Shown here piece by piece: positions 25,991-39,670 of a stretch of 64,000 nucleotides of DNA. How positions within the stretch are numbered: position 1 is the first letter of the stretch; each line of letters opens with the position of its first letter. The stretch is from Guillardia theta CCMP2712 (taxonomy: Eukaryota; Protista; Cryptophyta), in contig NW_005434628.1 of the NCBI RefSeq assembly GCF_000315625.1, forward strand, positions 32,495 to 96,494. Direction: 5' to 3'. Below the pieces are notes generated by a model. The model did no database searches, had not been told where the DNA came from, and saw nothing but the letters and a program-made list of their open reading frames with translations. The translations under genes and the position numbers were made by a program.

Positions 25991-27161
25991 ATGGACCAGA
26001 ACTTGAATTCCACCAGCAACCCGTTGGACTCCTTCGTGTTGCCCATTGGTCAGCCAGTCCCTCAATCTCTCAATCAGGAGACTTCCGGCATTATGCTGAC
26101 TCCTTTCTTCGCTCCTTTGGCGACGAATTACGGATCGAACTTGTTTCTTCCTCACAATACTCTACCGGTTTGTCACCAGCCAGGTGAGGATCTGGTTTCT
26201 TCGTTTCCCCTCCTCACTTGGGCTTCCCCTCAGCAACTCTATCGGCAGCTTTCCCGAGACTCGACATGCTAGGGATGCAGCAGCTGCTGGGAGCGTCAAG
26301 TTTCGCGTCCTCCTCCTCCCATCTTTTCCCTCGAGGTTTCAACGCTAGCGGGCAGATGATCAGCATCCCTCAGCGAGCCTCCCACATGCCTCCGTTGCTC
26401 AGCCAAGTCAACACGAGTACATTGGTGGGGCCTCCTGTGGATCTTCAGATTGATTTGAGCGCTCAAAAATATTTGGAAGAAGTCAGAGGTTCGGAAGAAT
26501 TCGAGCAGCATCACGTGGCAGCAAGCAGTTACAGCCCTCCTTCGAACAGATCTGCTTTCTTTCCTGTCGATCAAAGTTCCGGACTCTCTCACAAGAGGTC
26601 AACAACTTCTCTCGGTCTGCATGTCTGCAACTGATGATAGTGGTCACCTGACGACTGCGATTGTGATCTCGCAGACATTCTCAAGGAATCGCTCGATCGC
26701 AAGGCTAAGGTGTTTCCTCTATCAAGTACTCCTGTAAAACTCATGCTCATGATTCTCAGTCAGAAGACTCTTCGCTTTCATCTGCATACGTAAGCTCAAC
26801 GCCTCGTTCAAGAACGCAACTGACTCTCCTCGTACTCCAAGTCTTCCAGCAGCCATAGAAAGCCTGCAACGGGCACAAACAGCGTAAGACAACACTCTAT
26901 CTTGTTCTCTCGTGCCTCACTTGAAATACAGGTGAATCGTCATGGTCAAGCGAAGAGCGGTGGCGGATGGGGTAAAGTAGAAGAAGGGTGAGACAGCGAT
27001 CCCCCGATCGGTGTGGTCGTTGATCCTTGAACAGATCAACCTCGGGCAGGCACAAACCTTGGAAGATTGCTTTGACAGAATCTCAGGTACGAAGATGAGG
27101 GAGAGGGAAGGAGGGAGCTGGAGGCAGGCAGGCAGCAGCTGGAGGGAGGGAGGAAGGAAGA

Positions 27162-27224
<63 letters not shown>

Positions 27225-27685
27225 CTGGAGCAACGGGGGGGGGTTCGGAGGGAGGGTATGAGGCTTACAGAGTGGCATTTATCAGGCACAGGATATCTTT
27301 ATGCAACGACCGAAGATCAAGGAGCTCTACGGGTTCGGGTAGGAGGAAGGCAGAGCATGGCTTTCAGCTTATCTACAAATGTGCTTTCAGGTCAAGTCAG
27401 TTAGGAGAGAAGTACATGGTGAACGCCAAGACTATCCGAGACATCTGGTGCGTCTACCGTGCAGGGGATGAAGGTGATGATTGGGGAGCAGGAACCGCGA
27501 AACATGGGTCAAGGCGACGAAACACCTCTGGACGTCGGAGGAAATCATGCAGTGAGTAGGCGAGGGGAGGAGGAAAGTGGTCTGACGGTTGGATACACAG
27601 GGATGCGGCTGAGAGGGAGAGGAAACGGTTCAAGAGCAGTTGCACGGACGATGAGGCAGCAGGGAGCGGCAGCAAAAAGAATTGA
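25991..27685 (+). CDS. Hypothetical protein with low-complexity N-terminus and C-terminal HTH-like domain (putative transcription regulator), multi-exon
   Basis: Spliced C-terminus reads LTESQ|AQDIFMQRP...SSQLGEKYMVNAKTIRDIW|NRETWVKATKHLW, which resembles a domain I recall as expanded in cryptophytes. Confidence 0.6.
27163..27223. repeat. (GGCA)n microsatellite in an intron
   Basis: Direct tandem repeat. Confidence 0.95.
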
Positions 27686-27761
27686 AAGACAGGCAGGAGA
27701 AAACAAGTTTTATTCATTCTTTAACTCTAAATGAATTCATGCGATCAACCCTAATGGTCCC

Positions 27762-30700
27762 TTAGTCTTCAGCTATCCTCCTCCTACCTCTGTTCGAATA
27801 ATTCCCTCGCTCTTCGCGGTTCGTCCATGCCTCTCTCATGGAGCCCACAGGCCCGACCTCTCCAGCTGTTCTCTGCTTTTTCTCGTGCGGCTCTGCCCAT
27901 CTCGTCCTCCCCTGCTCACCGTCAGCTCGATTCCAGCGGCTTGCGCCTCTTACCGCTACAGGCTCCAGGTTGAGCTCAGCTGGTGAAGGTGGGAATCGGA
28001 CAGGCCGTAGAGCTTTTGTCGGATGCTGGGGACTCGGGGTGAACCAGCGACCAGCAGGGCGCTGAAAAAACTTGTGAGGAAGGCCAAGGTGAAGAGGAGG
28101 AAACGAAACCAGTTCGAGGGAGGAGATGCCGCTGCCAGCTTGCTTGCCCTTGCCGATCGCCTCGAGAGCCTCCGAGAGCTCGAAGACTTTGGCGCCTAGA
28201 AGTCGAATCTGGGCATGACACTCGGCGTTCTCACGGAGCAGTGTGCGGATGCGAATCTGAAAGCGTCGGGTTACGTTGGGATGACAGGGGGGAGGAGGAA
28301 GACCTGCAGGTGACTCCTTGGCGTGGAAGAGGAGCCAAGCTGCTGCGTGCCTGTCGTGAGAACGAACCACAAGGACAAGCAACAACCTCTTGCTGAACTT
28401 CCCCATGAGCCGGAGCTGAATTGACTCCCTCCAGCCTATTCTCACGCAAGTTCTCCACCTCACGCTCTTTAGCCGACAGAAGTTGTCTCAGGTCTTCGCA
28501 GCTTCGCTCCTTCTCCTTTACTGTCCTCTCGAGCTTTCTGACTTGCTCCTCCTTGAGCTGCATACAAAGTTAGCACCTTCCCGGCCTTCACCAATGCCAT
28601 AACCTTCAACGACAATTCTGACTCTCTGGGTGCCTGCGCAAAAGCTTCCTGCCTGTTACTCTGTGCCTCTTCCAACGCCTGCGAAAGTCATGAATCAGGC
28701 AGCCGTCAAGTAACTCTTACGACTCCTCGTCCCTCCGCCTTACCTGCAACTGTGAATGCAGCGAGGATACTTGGACGCGCGACTGCGAGCATTCTTCCAA
28801 GACGGAGCTCAGCCGCTTGCTAAGCTCCTTGTTGTTCTAACGCAGCAGGTGAGGAACAGATTCTTCGTACGAGCAACCTGTTCACCTCTTTCTCTACATT
28901 CAGATCCAGCGACAACTTCCTTTTGACATCTTCAAGACACTGCAGCTCCCCTGACAGCCGACGGATTTCCTTCATCGCAACGTCACAGAAATAAAAATTG
29001 ATGGCACAATTTTCTTACAGATTCTGCGGAAAGAAAGCTCTCTTTCTGATGTGTGTAAGCCGATGTGTTATATTGTTTTTCTTCTTCCAGAGTTTTAGCC
29101 CTGTCCTCCTCCTTCCTGAGCTTCTCCTCTGCCTCTGCCACCTGCTCCTCCAGCGCCCGCCTCCTCTCCTCCTCCTTCCTGAGCTTCTCCTCTGCCTCTT
29201 CCACCTGCTCCTCCAGCGCCCGTCTTCTGCCATCCGCCTTCTTGAGCTTGTCCTCTGCCTCTGCCACCTGTACCTCCAGCGCCCGTCTTCTGCCATCCGC
29301 CTTCCTGAGCTTCTCCTCTGCCTCTGCCACCTGCTCCTCCAGCGCCCGCCTCCTCTCCTCCTCCTTCCTGAGCTTCTCCTCTGCCTCCGCTGCCTCCCTC
29401 TCCAGCGTCCGCTTCGTCTCCTCCTCCTTCCTGAGCTTCTCCTCTGCCTCTGCCACCTGCTCCTCCAGCGCCCGCCTCCTCTCCTCCTCCTTCCTGAGCT
29501 TCTCCTCTGCCTCCCTTGCCCTCCTCGCTGCATCTGCCACCTGTACCTCCAGCGCCCGCCTCATGTCCTCCTCCTTCCTGAGCTTCCCCTCTAGCTCCAC
29601 TCCTTTCTCCTTGGCCTCTTGATGAGCTTTGAGCTGCCCTCGGAGCTCAAGCAGCTTTCCTTCAAGGCCTACTAACCCTTCCCCACCTGTTTTCACCTCC
29701 AATCCTGCCTTCGACGCGAGGTCCAGTATCTTCGCTTCTGTGTCCTTGATCACTGCCATCGCCTCCGCAAGCTGTCCCTTCGTTTCACCTTGCTCCTCCC
29801 TCCCTCCCGCCGCACCCTGATGATCATACGATGTGATGCTAGGGACTGTTACCTTGTCTCTCTCAGCTCTCAGCTCCTCCTCTGCCTCCCTTGCCCTCCT
29901 CGCTGCATCTGCCACCTGTACCTCCAGCGCCCGCCTCATGTCCTCCTCCTTCCTGAGCTTCTCCTCAGCCTTCCTTGCCCTCCCTGCTGCCTCCGCTGCC
30001 TGCTGCGTTATCAGCGAGTGCGCGTGCGAGTTGATTTCAGAGTTCTGATTGGTATTGAAATGGTCTTCGAGTGCGTGCAAAAATGCAGCAACATCCTCCA
30101 TAGTGACACGGTCTATTTCAGTTTGCAAGTCGAATCTTCGAGAAAGTTTGAACATCTGATCTTTGACAAATTTCTCCTCTTCGATTTGTTTTTGGGTAAA
30201 TCCATCATGTACGATGGTTGATTGATTATTCTCTTGAATAACTTTCTCTCCACCAAATTCCCGACATGTCTGCGGTTTTGAAAGTTCGATCGTATTCAAC
30301 CAACTTTCTACCTCGCTTTTGAACTTATAGAATAGGAGAAGAGTGTCTGAATCCTTGTTTTCTTCCCTTTGAAAGAATTCATACATGTTTGGCAAGCAGT
30401 AAACTGTATGTAGCGCTGACCTCCATTCATCAAAGCTTATGTAGCCATCCTTGTCTTTGTCCATGAAAGTCATGAGAATAGAAATGTCACTGTCTAAACA
30501 ATGGATCTGAAGCTCATTCATAGATGTAGTAAGATCTTTCAATGATATTCTACTATCTGAATCTTTGTCGAACGCTAGAAAGCCGGAATTCAAGTTCAGA
30601 TGGTTGTAATCCAGCGCGATGTTAATCTGATTCAAGATGCTGTAAACGAGTCCATGCATGTTAAAAGACAAAGAGGATCGAGACTTGTCCAGGCGACTTA

Positions 30701-33700
30701 TTTCCATGTCGATCAGACGAGAAAGGACTGAGGGAATTTCTGGATTGGTGACAGTATTCACAATATCGTCTTCCAAGACCTTAACTTTTGTTTGTTCAAA
30801 TGGAATTTTGTTGTCTACCAGCATTTTTGGCGGATTGCTATGTTGTATATGTTTTTCGATCTCTTCGACTAGGTTGATTGAAGATCTGATTCCATTGTCA
30901 ATGTCCATGACCACACAACTGATGAATGCATGCTGCGCAGTCAGCTCTTCATGCTTCGCTTCCGAAAAAAAATTCTTCTCCCTAATTATCGCAAGATCTC
31001 GTTGTAAATCTGCATTTTCCTCTTTGAACACTCTGACCTGGTCAAGCGAATAAACAAGCTCGGCAGTCGTGACTGAAAATGCGAAATGATTGAAGTCTGT
31101 TGCCAAGGATTCGATCTCTTTGAAAAACCTTGATAGAGAATCCTTCCTGCCATACATCAAAGTTGCATTCATGAGGAGAGTTAAAAGGTGAAGCTTTTGG
31201 GCAACGTCATTCATATCATGCACAAATTCTAATATATGCCCTTCTTGGTAATTGAACGAGTTGAGAAAAACTTTGCACAATTCGAAACATTCCGCAAGCA
31301 GAGGGAGTAATTGGCTTCCCACAAGCTTTGAAGAAGACTGTTTCTGAGTTTCCATCCAAACAATTCTCGAATATAACGAATCGAAAAATTGATTCTTTTC
31401 TTGAAATTTGCGCTCAACCTTATTGCCGGATGCTTGCAACTCTATCTGAGGTAGATTTGCGCCAAGATGTTGTGCTGATTCATCTGCATTATTAGTTGTG
31501 CCTTCTATCATACTGCCATTCGCAGATGGAGGATTCTCTGCTTCGTGCTTCTTCGAACTAGAAGAGCTTGTCCTCGTCACTTTGTCGGTGGAGCTTGTCC
31601 TATTGATTAAGACATACATGGAGCGATTCGTTGGAGGAGGAAGCAGCGTCCTCTGCTTCGGGGTCTCTTGATTGACTTTGTATGGCTTCGTCAAAATTTG
31701 GTCAGCCTCATGAGCGGTTGGAGGAGGTTGCAAGACCTGCCGAGACCTCTTTGTTGAAGCGGAATCAGATGGCTGTCCACTTCCGTCGATCTGCTTGGCC
31801 AAAGCAATATCTTCGGTCGAAGTACTCGATAGAAGATTGGAAGAAGTTGCTGCATCTTGCACCAGCATGAGGATTCGCCGAGAAAAAATTCTTTCTTGTT
31901 CTGCAAAATACTCGAAATAGTCCACATCCTTCTTGCGCGCATGCTCGGTGAATTGCTCAGCGTCCTCTCGAAGCCGACGAATTTCAGCTTTCAAACTATC
32001 AGATTTAGGATGAATTTTGCAAACATACAAATCGAATTCTGAAAGCAGTTTCTCCCTGTAGGCCATGGATGATGAGACAAACGAATCCATCTTCTTGAAA
32101 GAGGACTTCATGAAATTTTGGAGACGGTCCACCTCCGCCTTTAAAGATTCTAAACTCTTAGTAAGTGAAGATACAGATTCTTCGGCTTGCGAGATAGCTG
32201 TTTGTTCAATATGAAGCATTGCTTTCAGCAAGCATATATCTTCATCCTTTCGATGAAAAAGTTCTTGCAGGTCTTCCAGATTTAGCTCTTCATTGAAAGA
32301 TTCAGATTTGACATTCTCAATCACAATGTCAGCTTGGTTGATTCCTGAATTCTCCTGCTTCAGACCATCATCGAAATGGAATTCCTTGAGCTGTAAACGG
32401 TTCAAAATCTCATCCACAGGAATATTCTCTGATCCGACATAATTTAAATACACTTTGATTTTCTGCTTTTTGACTATGCATTTGATAAAGAGGTCCTCAT
32501 TCTTGCATGAAGCTGCAGCTGCTATTTGCCGAACCAAAGCTGTCTTGAAAGCCTGGATGTCTTCAATTTCATTAAAATGGATGTTGAATGTCACAACAAC
32601 ACAGCGATTCGTTTGTGTCTCTATTACACTGGAAGTTTCTGATTGTTGATTGATGCTCTGTGACTGTTTTGCTAATGCCATCATGGGTATTCTTCGTGAT
32701 GCCTGAATGACTCTTAGCCAATAGAGCCATAACACACGGCTTCGGCCACTATTTTCTGCTTCGCAGCAACATGAATGAAATGTGGATATATCGGATTCTC
32801 TAAATTTTTCTTGATGATTGCTTAAAGATTTCAGCAAATCCTCCTTCGATATTATGCCATCTTTGTCCACATCGTAAATTTTGTGAGAATCTTCTAGTTC
32901 CCCTGTGGACGATTCAATTGCAAACAGAATGTAGCTCCCTATAGTTTTGATTGCCTGTAAATCAGTGCGGTTCAACAGAGACCACTGTGATTGGGAGAAG
33001 AACAAGTCTTTTGAGAGCTCTGATTGCTTTGAAAACATATTCCATTTCAACTTGTCGACGAAATCTTGATGTTCTGGCAAACCCAATAGCAGACGAAGTC
33101 TTTCCTTTGAAAGGTTTGGTTGCAAGACAGCAAAGACATCGAACAAGTCGTTAATATCTACCTTCCCGTGATGATCATCCTTGCTGAAGCAATCGTAAAA
33201 TTGATCAGCAGTGAGAGAAGATAATTGTAAGACACCATTCAGATAATCATAGATAGATGGTTCTAGAAATTTGGTAGAGGAAAATTGTGATTTTTTTTTC
33301 GGGCTTTGTTGCGTTGAAATTTCTCTTGCATTTGAGTTCGTCGTCCCTTCCTTTCTTGAATCTAATACCTGTTGGGCATCAGCATTTTTCAAAGCCAGGA
33401 TCCACACATCCTTTGAAATGGCGTCCCCGTTTCCGCATAACTCATGAAACCATTTCAGTAATGTTGCTGAAGGCATTCTAAGATTCAAGTGCTCAACAGA
33501 TTCCAAGAAGTCATGTTGCGAAAGTCTGCCATCACCATCACAGTCAAATTCTCTAAAGCCTTCCTCGATTTCAAAGTGATTATATTTTAAAACTGCAGCC
33601 AGCGCATTTGAGACTTGAGCCAGGTCGGATCCAGACATCTTTGGAGCTGATCCCTGCTTTTTTACAGAACTTGTGCCTTCAGAAAGATATGCTGGAGTTT

Positions 33701-35839
33701 CTGCGACCTCAACTCCATGGGAACGCAATACTTCTTCTGCGTTTGCATCATCCAATAGCAAATTCCAAGTTTCAATTATGATTCCATTGGGATTGTTTGT
33801 AGAAGCACAGGAAAACCAACTTTCAAGATCCGAATCAGCTAAACCAAGCTGAAGTTGCTGTGCCCCAACTTTGAAGTCCTGTAAACTGATGATCCCGTCC
33901 TGGTCAAGGTCAAATGCTTCGAATCCATCCACAGTCCCAAGTTCATTAAATAAAAGCACAGCAGCAATTGTATCTGAAACTTTTCTCAAATCTGAATGGC
34001 CAAACAGTCAACTACAAGAAACAAAAACACAAAATAATCACCACGCGGAAGACAGTACTTATCAGATGGAGATGTTTTGGCATCTACTCCCAGCGACTGA
34101 AGAATCTGCTTAGTATCTCTCCGACCCAAAACTTCCCGCCACGCCTTAAGGTCTACATATCCCTTGTCCCCCTTCATCCTCCTGTACAGATCTTCGATTT
34201 GACTTGCCCCAAGCCCCAGCGAAAGCTGCTTAGCAGCCTTTCCAAGGTCGTCGAGAGAGATCTCACCATCTTCGTCGAAGTCGAGCTGGTCGAAGGCCTC
34301 ATCTATCCTAAGCTCGTTGTACTCGATTGCAGCAGCAAGCATGTCCAGCGCCCGGTCCGTTTCAGTCCCATCTGATGTTTCCTCCGGGCTGGCAGAGGCT
34401 TTCGATATGCCCCGTGATTGTAGCACCTCGCTGGTATCTCGGCTTCCTAGGGCCGCTCGCCACACCTCAAGGTCTACATATCCCTTGTCCCCCTTCATCC
34501 TCCTGTACAGATCTTCGATTTGACTTGCCCCAAGCCCCAGCGAAAGCTGCTTAGCAGCCTTTCCAAGGTCGTCGAGAGAGATCTCACCATCTTCGTCGAA
34601 GTCGAGCTGGTCGAAGGCCTCATCTATCCTAAGCTCGTTGTACTCGATCGCAGCAGCAAGCATGTCCAGCGCCCGGTCCGTTTCAGTCCCATCTGATGTT
34701 TCCTCCGGGCTGGCAGAGGCTTTCGATATGCCCCGTGATTGTAGCACCTCGCTGGTATCTCGGCTTCCTAGGGCCGCTCGCCACGCCTCAAGGTCTACAT
34801 ATCCCTTGTCCCCCTTCATCCTCCTGTACAGATCTTCGATTTGACTTGCCCCAAGCCCCAGCGAAAGCTGCTTAGCAGCCTTTCCAAGGTCGTCGAGAGA
34901 GATCTCACCATCTTCGTCGAAGTCGAGCTGGTCGAAGGCCTCATCTATCCTAAGCTCGTTGTACTCGATCGCAGCAGCAAGCATGTCCAGCGCCCGGTCC
35001 GTTTCAGTCCCATCTGATGTTTCCTCCGCGCTGGCAGAGGCTTTCGATATGCCCCGTGATTGTAGCACCTCGCTGGTATCTCGGCTTCCTAGGGCTGCTC
35101 GCCACGCCTCAAGGTCTACATATCCCTTGTCCCCCTTCATCCTCCTGTACAGATCTTCGATTTGACTTGCCCCAAGCCCCAGCGAAAGCTGCTTAGCAGC
35201 CTTTCCAAGGTCGTCGAGAGAGATCTCACCATCTTCGTCGAAGTCGAGCTGGTCGAAGGCCTCATCAATGGTTACTGCATTGTACTCGATCGCAGCTCTG
35301 AGCACATTCATGCTTGCTTCGGGGGGTTCAATCTTGTCTGGTACCTCTTCACTGTATTGTTTCGGCTCTGTTCTCCTTGTTCCATTTGAAGCTTTCTTGA
35401 CAGTCCATGTCTGCTCAGAGAAGTCAGTCACGACGATACGGCACCGCATACTTCCATTCGGAAAACGTCAGTCTTGTGCATGAGGATAACAACTCAAAGG
35501 TGCATAACCTCCAACATACATCAACATTGAGAATCGTTTAGGACCAATCTGCATTATGCTTCCAAGACTCGTTGTTTCTTGAACACTACAACTCATTCTC
35601 TTTATCTTTGTCAATCCACGTTGGCATGAGAGAATTCAAGCACCACAGTTGTCCTAAAATGTGCAGCGTTTCATACCTCACCCGACTATCGCTCAATGGT
35701 CTGTTGACCAAGCACTTCGCTCGACCATGTCTTCTCCTGCACTTCGCTCCTCTACTCCCTCTCTCCTCTCTCCTCTCTCCCTCTACCATCCTGCTGTCCA
35801 ATCATCATCTGACCAAGCACCATTCAATACTTTCTGCAT
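27762..35839 (-). CDS. Giant EF-hand repeat plus coiled-coil protein (>2200 aa), multi-exon
   Basis: ORFs 33986-35449 and 28983-33989 are joined by a short intron. Canonical EF loops are DFDEDGEISLDDL x4, DLDQDGIISLQDF, DCDGDGRLSQHDF, DVDKDGIISKEDL, DKDSDSRISLKDL and DKDKDGYISFDEW. There are 21-aa coiled-coil repeats. Both ends are approximate. Confidence 0.85.
29105..29590. repeat. 63-bp coding repeats (EEKLRKEEERRRALEEQVAEA)
   Basis: Repeated 21-aa (3-heptad) unit, with a further copy at ~29875-29965. Confidence 0.9.
34105..35300. repeat. 321-bp coding tandem repeat (107 aa EF-hand module), ~4 copies
   Basis: Matching antisense ORFs start at 34317, 34638 and 34959 (period 321). Confidence 0.95.
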
Positions 35840-36152
35840 GACAGAACGACTCCCCCACGAAAGAAAATAAAATCTAATGTACCCTCACATTACCCTCAGA
35901 GAAGCATAGATCTGGATATGGTGGGTTATTTATAAAATGTACATTTGAAGAACTCTTCCTCATCTGTTCGCCTCCTTCTCATCCGTTGGATGGGCGCAAT
36001 GAGTAACCGCTCGTTCAAATATAACCGTCATTGTAACGTCGTCATCGATGATTCCGATTCAAGTACCGTCTCGAGTACTGACTCTGAGTCGGAGTCCGAT
36101 CAGGGCCCCCGGCAGTCCGGGCCCTCAGTATCATTTTCAACCGTCTGGTCAG

Positions 36153-36481
36153 TGTGACGGAGCACAAGTTTGTTAGATTGTACTACTATGCCAAACTTGA
36201 AAGTACGGTAAGCGGCGGCCGGCCCGCTGACCGTCCGAGGCCGTCGACGGTCGGACGGTCGGAAGCCTTCAAGGAAGCCTGAGGAGGCCTTCCTAGCCGT
36301 CGTGCTAAGGTTCTCTCATGCCTGGATGCTTGGTTTTCACATCCTAGCCGATGATACAGTCTGGTTGAGCCGCAAAAACTGTCACGAGTCACAGGCTTGT
36401 TGCACTGCGGCAGCTGAGGTCGATATGATGTCTGCATTACTTTGGCGTAGTACAAGTCAAACAAACTTGTGCTCCGTCGCA
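36153..36481. mobile_element. MITE-like element with ~40-bp imperfect TIRs and TG..CA termini
   Basis: TGTGACGGAGCACAAGTTTGTTAGATTGTACTAC ... GTAGTACAAGTCAAACAAACTTGTGCTCCGTCGCA. Confidence 0.8.
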
Positions 36482-36787
36482 GTGTGCAGTGATCGACGAT
36501 ACAGTAAATATCATACCGTACAGTGCCTCAGACAGCGGGGAGGGGGACTGGAATGGTCCTACGCGCAGCGGCAGTTAACTCTTAAGGCAGTGACTGGGAC
36601 CGAGTCGGACGGGCCCGGGCAGAGTCACTCGGACGCCGCGGCCGCCGGGCCCGCCCGCCCCGGGTTCACAAATGATGATTGAATGGCGCCCCCTGAAGTA
36701 TAGTGGTACTGAAGGGGGCGGCACGTTGAAGTTCAAGTTGCGACTTTTGTTGTCATTAGCCTGACTCAGATGGAAAAGTACGGCGAG

Positions 36788-38678
36788 TTAGCTTACAGTC
36801 GCGGTGCCTTGGAGCTTGCGAATGAAGTCGCCTCCAGCTAAGAAAACTGTGGCGGATAACAAAAACAGAAAGGCGAAGATCAAGAACATTGCAAATTGCC
36901 TTCGCTGCTTGTGGATCTTTGCCTGTCAAGTGCTTGATGAGTGGATTCGCCAAATCAATTCTGCCCATCGACCAACCTGCATTAGTCCATGCCCGCAAAA
37001 ATTGTCGAAAGCGATGGAGAAACAATTATGTGACTTCAGTGCATGCACCTGTTGACAATGATGGGCGTTTAGAGTCACGAAAACAGTCCATTCACTTGTG
37101 CCACCCGTCACCTTGGTTATTGGCATGCTGTGTATGTCCAGACAACATTGAATCCCAATGTTCGCACAGTTCAACATGGCAACCTGCAGTGAGATCATGA
37201 GCGCAACAAAGCGCGGAAGCGACACGGACCCGTCCATCGCTGCATCCCACAAACGCGATCATCTTGTCGAGGCCACTGATCGTCGTAATCGGACATGTGA
37301 CAATCTGAAGGATCAGAATTACTTGCTGACGGCCAACAAGTCCATCATCGCTCTTGCCTTCTTTTGCCTCACGATGGGCAGATCCTTATCAACCTTGTGC
37401 TCCTGGATAAACCTTGACCCTCATCGTCAGGAGCTGGTCATACACCCATTTCGAATGCAGACCCAGCATCTCGTGTAGACAGCGCGGTAATGATCTTGTT
37501 CCCGTCCTCTGTAAATACAGCACCTCTACAGCGTGGGATTGTACACAAGAATACCCAGAAATTGCACCACAGCAATGTTCAGTGACCCTGTCTTCCTTAA
37601 TCGAGAACTTGAGGTCACCTGAACTTCTGCGCTCCTTTCCCGACATTCGAACTTTTCTCTGAAGAGGTTGTTCAGCAAACTTGATTCCTGGGATGTCGAG
37701 CACCCGATAAGTGTTCAAACAGCAGCTTCCCAGTCTTCGCATCCCAAATGCAGCAGGTTGAATCATCATGACTAAGAATTCTCTTTCCCTGTACAGGAAA
37801 ATTACCACACATCAAGAACTTGCGTAAAGGCATGCGAGGACATCTGGGTGGAAGCAAACGTCACGGATCGCCTCTGCATGCCAGCTCTTGCCGTCAGCGT
37901 TCACTCCAAAATCTCTGGACCACCCCAGTCACAGTCACGCAGTGAACACAGGGTAAATTACACCTTATCAACTTCAATCCTGATGTCGAGAAATCCCACA
38001 TGCCCAGCTTTTCTCCGTGGGAGATAACAACCTGGAAAGGCAGTCAACCGACAGAGGGAGTGCTCTTTTATCGCACAACCTGAGTGCCTGCCGGGTTGAA
38101 TGCCACAGCCCGTTGCGACGGATAGTCTCCACTAGGATCAGCCTACTCCTTGTTCAAAACTGACGCTAGCCCCACACACGAGCCTACCTTGCCGGTAGCC
38201 ATGGAAAACATCAACTTCAGTTCCTGATCACGGACGACGCGGTAAGGAGGGTTCGTTGGAGAGCCCTGGACTATTCTCTATCTCACCTTATCGTTGTAGC
38301 CCACTGCATGAGTTTTTCCTCCGTGGGTTGTACACAAGATAACCTTTCCTTTAGGGGAGGCGCACAGTCCCACCACTCGATCATCGTCAAAGTCTAGATG
38401 CGCTATTTCCTTTGCAAAAGTTTCAGATAATCGAAACATAAGGTACCTTCACCTTAAGCTCGTCCTGATCCAGGCAAAGCAACGAAATCTAACGACAATG
38501 ATTAACGATTCTACACCTGGGATGTGTTGTTTCTAGAAGATGTCAAGATTACCCGGTTTGGAATCCCTGATTTCGACTTGCCCCCACCCCCACCCACAGC
38601 GAACAGTTTGTCTGATAGGACTGCAGACGCCGTAGGAGGATACTTTAACTTGACGTACTTTGCAAAACCTCGCGACAT
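36788..38678 (-). CDS. SEC12: SEC12/PREB-like Sar1 guanine-nucleotide exchange factor (WD40 plus C-terminal TM), multi-exon
   Basis: N-terminal AVGGGGGKSKSGIPN K-loop motif, WD repeats (HDDSTCCIWDAKTG), and C-terminal TM FAMFLIFAFLFLLSATVFLAG. Confidence 0.75.
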
Positions 38679-39670
38679 TGTGAACTGGGAAATAGCATTA
38701 ATCAGCTGCGCAAGCCTACGGCCGTATGCTGCTTCCCCATCCTCTTCCACATTTCAAACCCTGGCATAAGTCTCCTGAATTCTCCTCGTATAGTCGATGG
38801 GTCGATGAATCCTAACGTCCATTTCTTGTGGAAGCAATCGCACTAGTAACAATCCCACAACATCCTTCTCGATTCTCTCCGCATGCTCTCAGATCTTTCA
38901 ACTTATGTCTTCATCAATCCTTGCCTGTCTTTCTTCTTGTCTTACTCACTCCCTGCTTGCCTGTCTGTATCCCTGTTGCTCTACCCGACCCATGACTTCC
39001 GCCATCACAGCCACCGCCATGCCATGTCAACACGATGCCCACATCCCCTCGTGTATCCGGGTTCGGCCCGGCCGGCCTGCCGGCCGGCTTGGTCATTCAG
39101 GCAAATGTCATTCAGTTTTGAAAAAATTTTAGGACTGCTAGAAATTCATCCTGAAATTTGAAATTGTGAGGCATTTGCAAAAGCTACGCACAGCTTTGAG
39201 CGATGCTGAGAGGAGGGAGGAGGGAGGAAGGAGGAGGGAGGAGTAAGGAGGAAGGAGGGACGGTAAGACGAAGGTCAGAGGGCAGTGATAAGTGAGTGGC
39301 AGTTGCGAGCAGAGAGAGAAGGCTTCAACCCTCTGTAGCACTCGACGGAGATCTGGCTTCAAAATTCGTCAAGCTATCAGGAGCAAGGCTACAAGACAGC
39401 TGTGTGATTAGAGTGAATCAGCCTGATCCATGAATGCTAGAATATAGAAGATTGATTGATGCAGGATCAGTGACAATATCATGACGCTAGGTATCGAGAG
39501 AGTTGATTTTCAGAAAGATATCTCAAAATCTTATGTGAGGATTGTTTTTTAAACGATGACCTAGTTTCTTCTGGTAACTTTTGCTGTCAACCAGTGTCTT
39601 TGTTCTTTTTATATTTGTTAGTTGGATTTGCTCACGCTCATTGGGATGATTTGACAGGCAGGCAGTCGGA

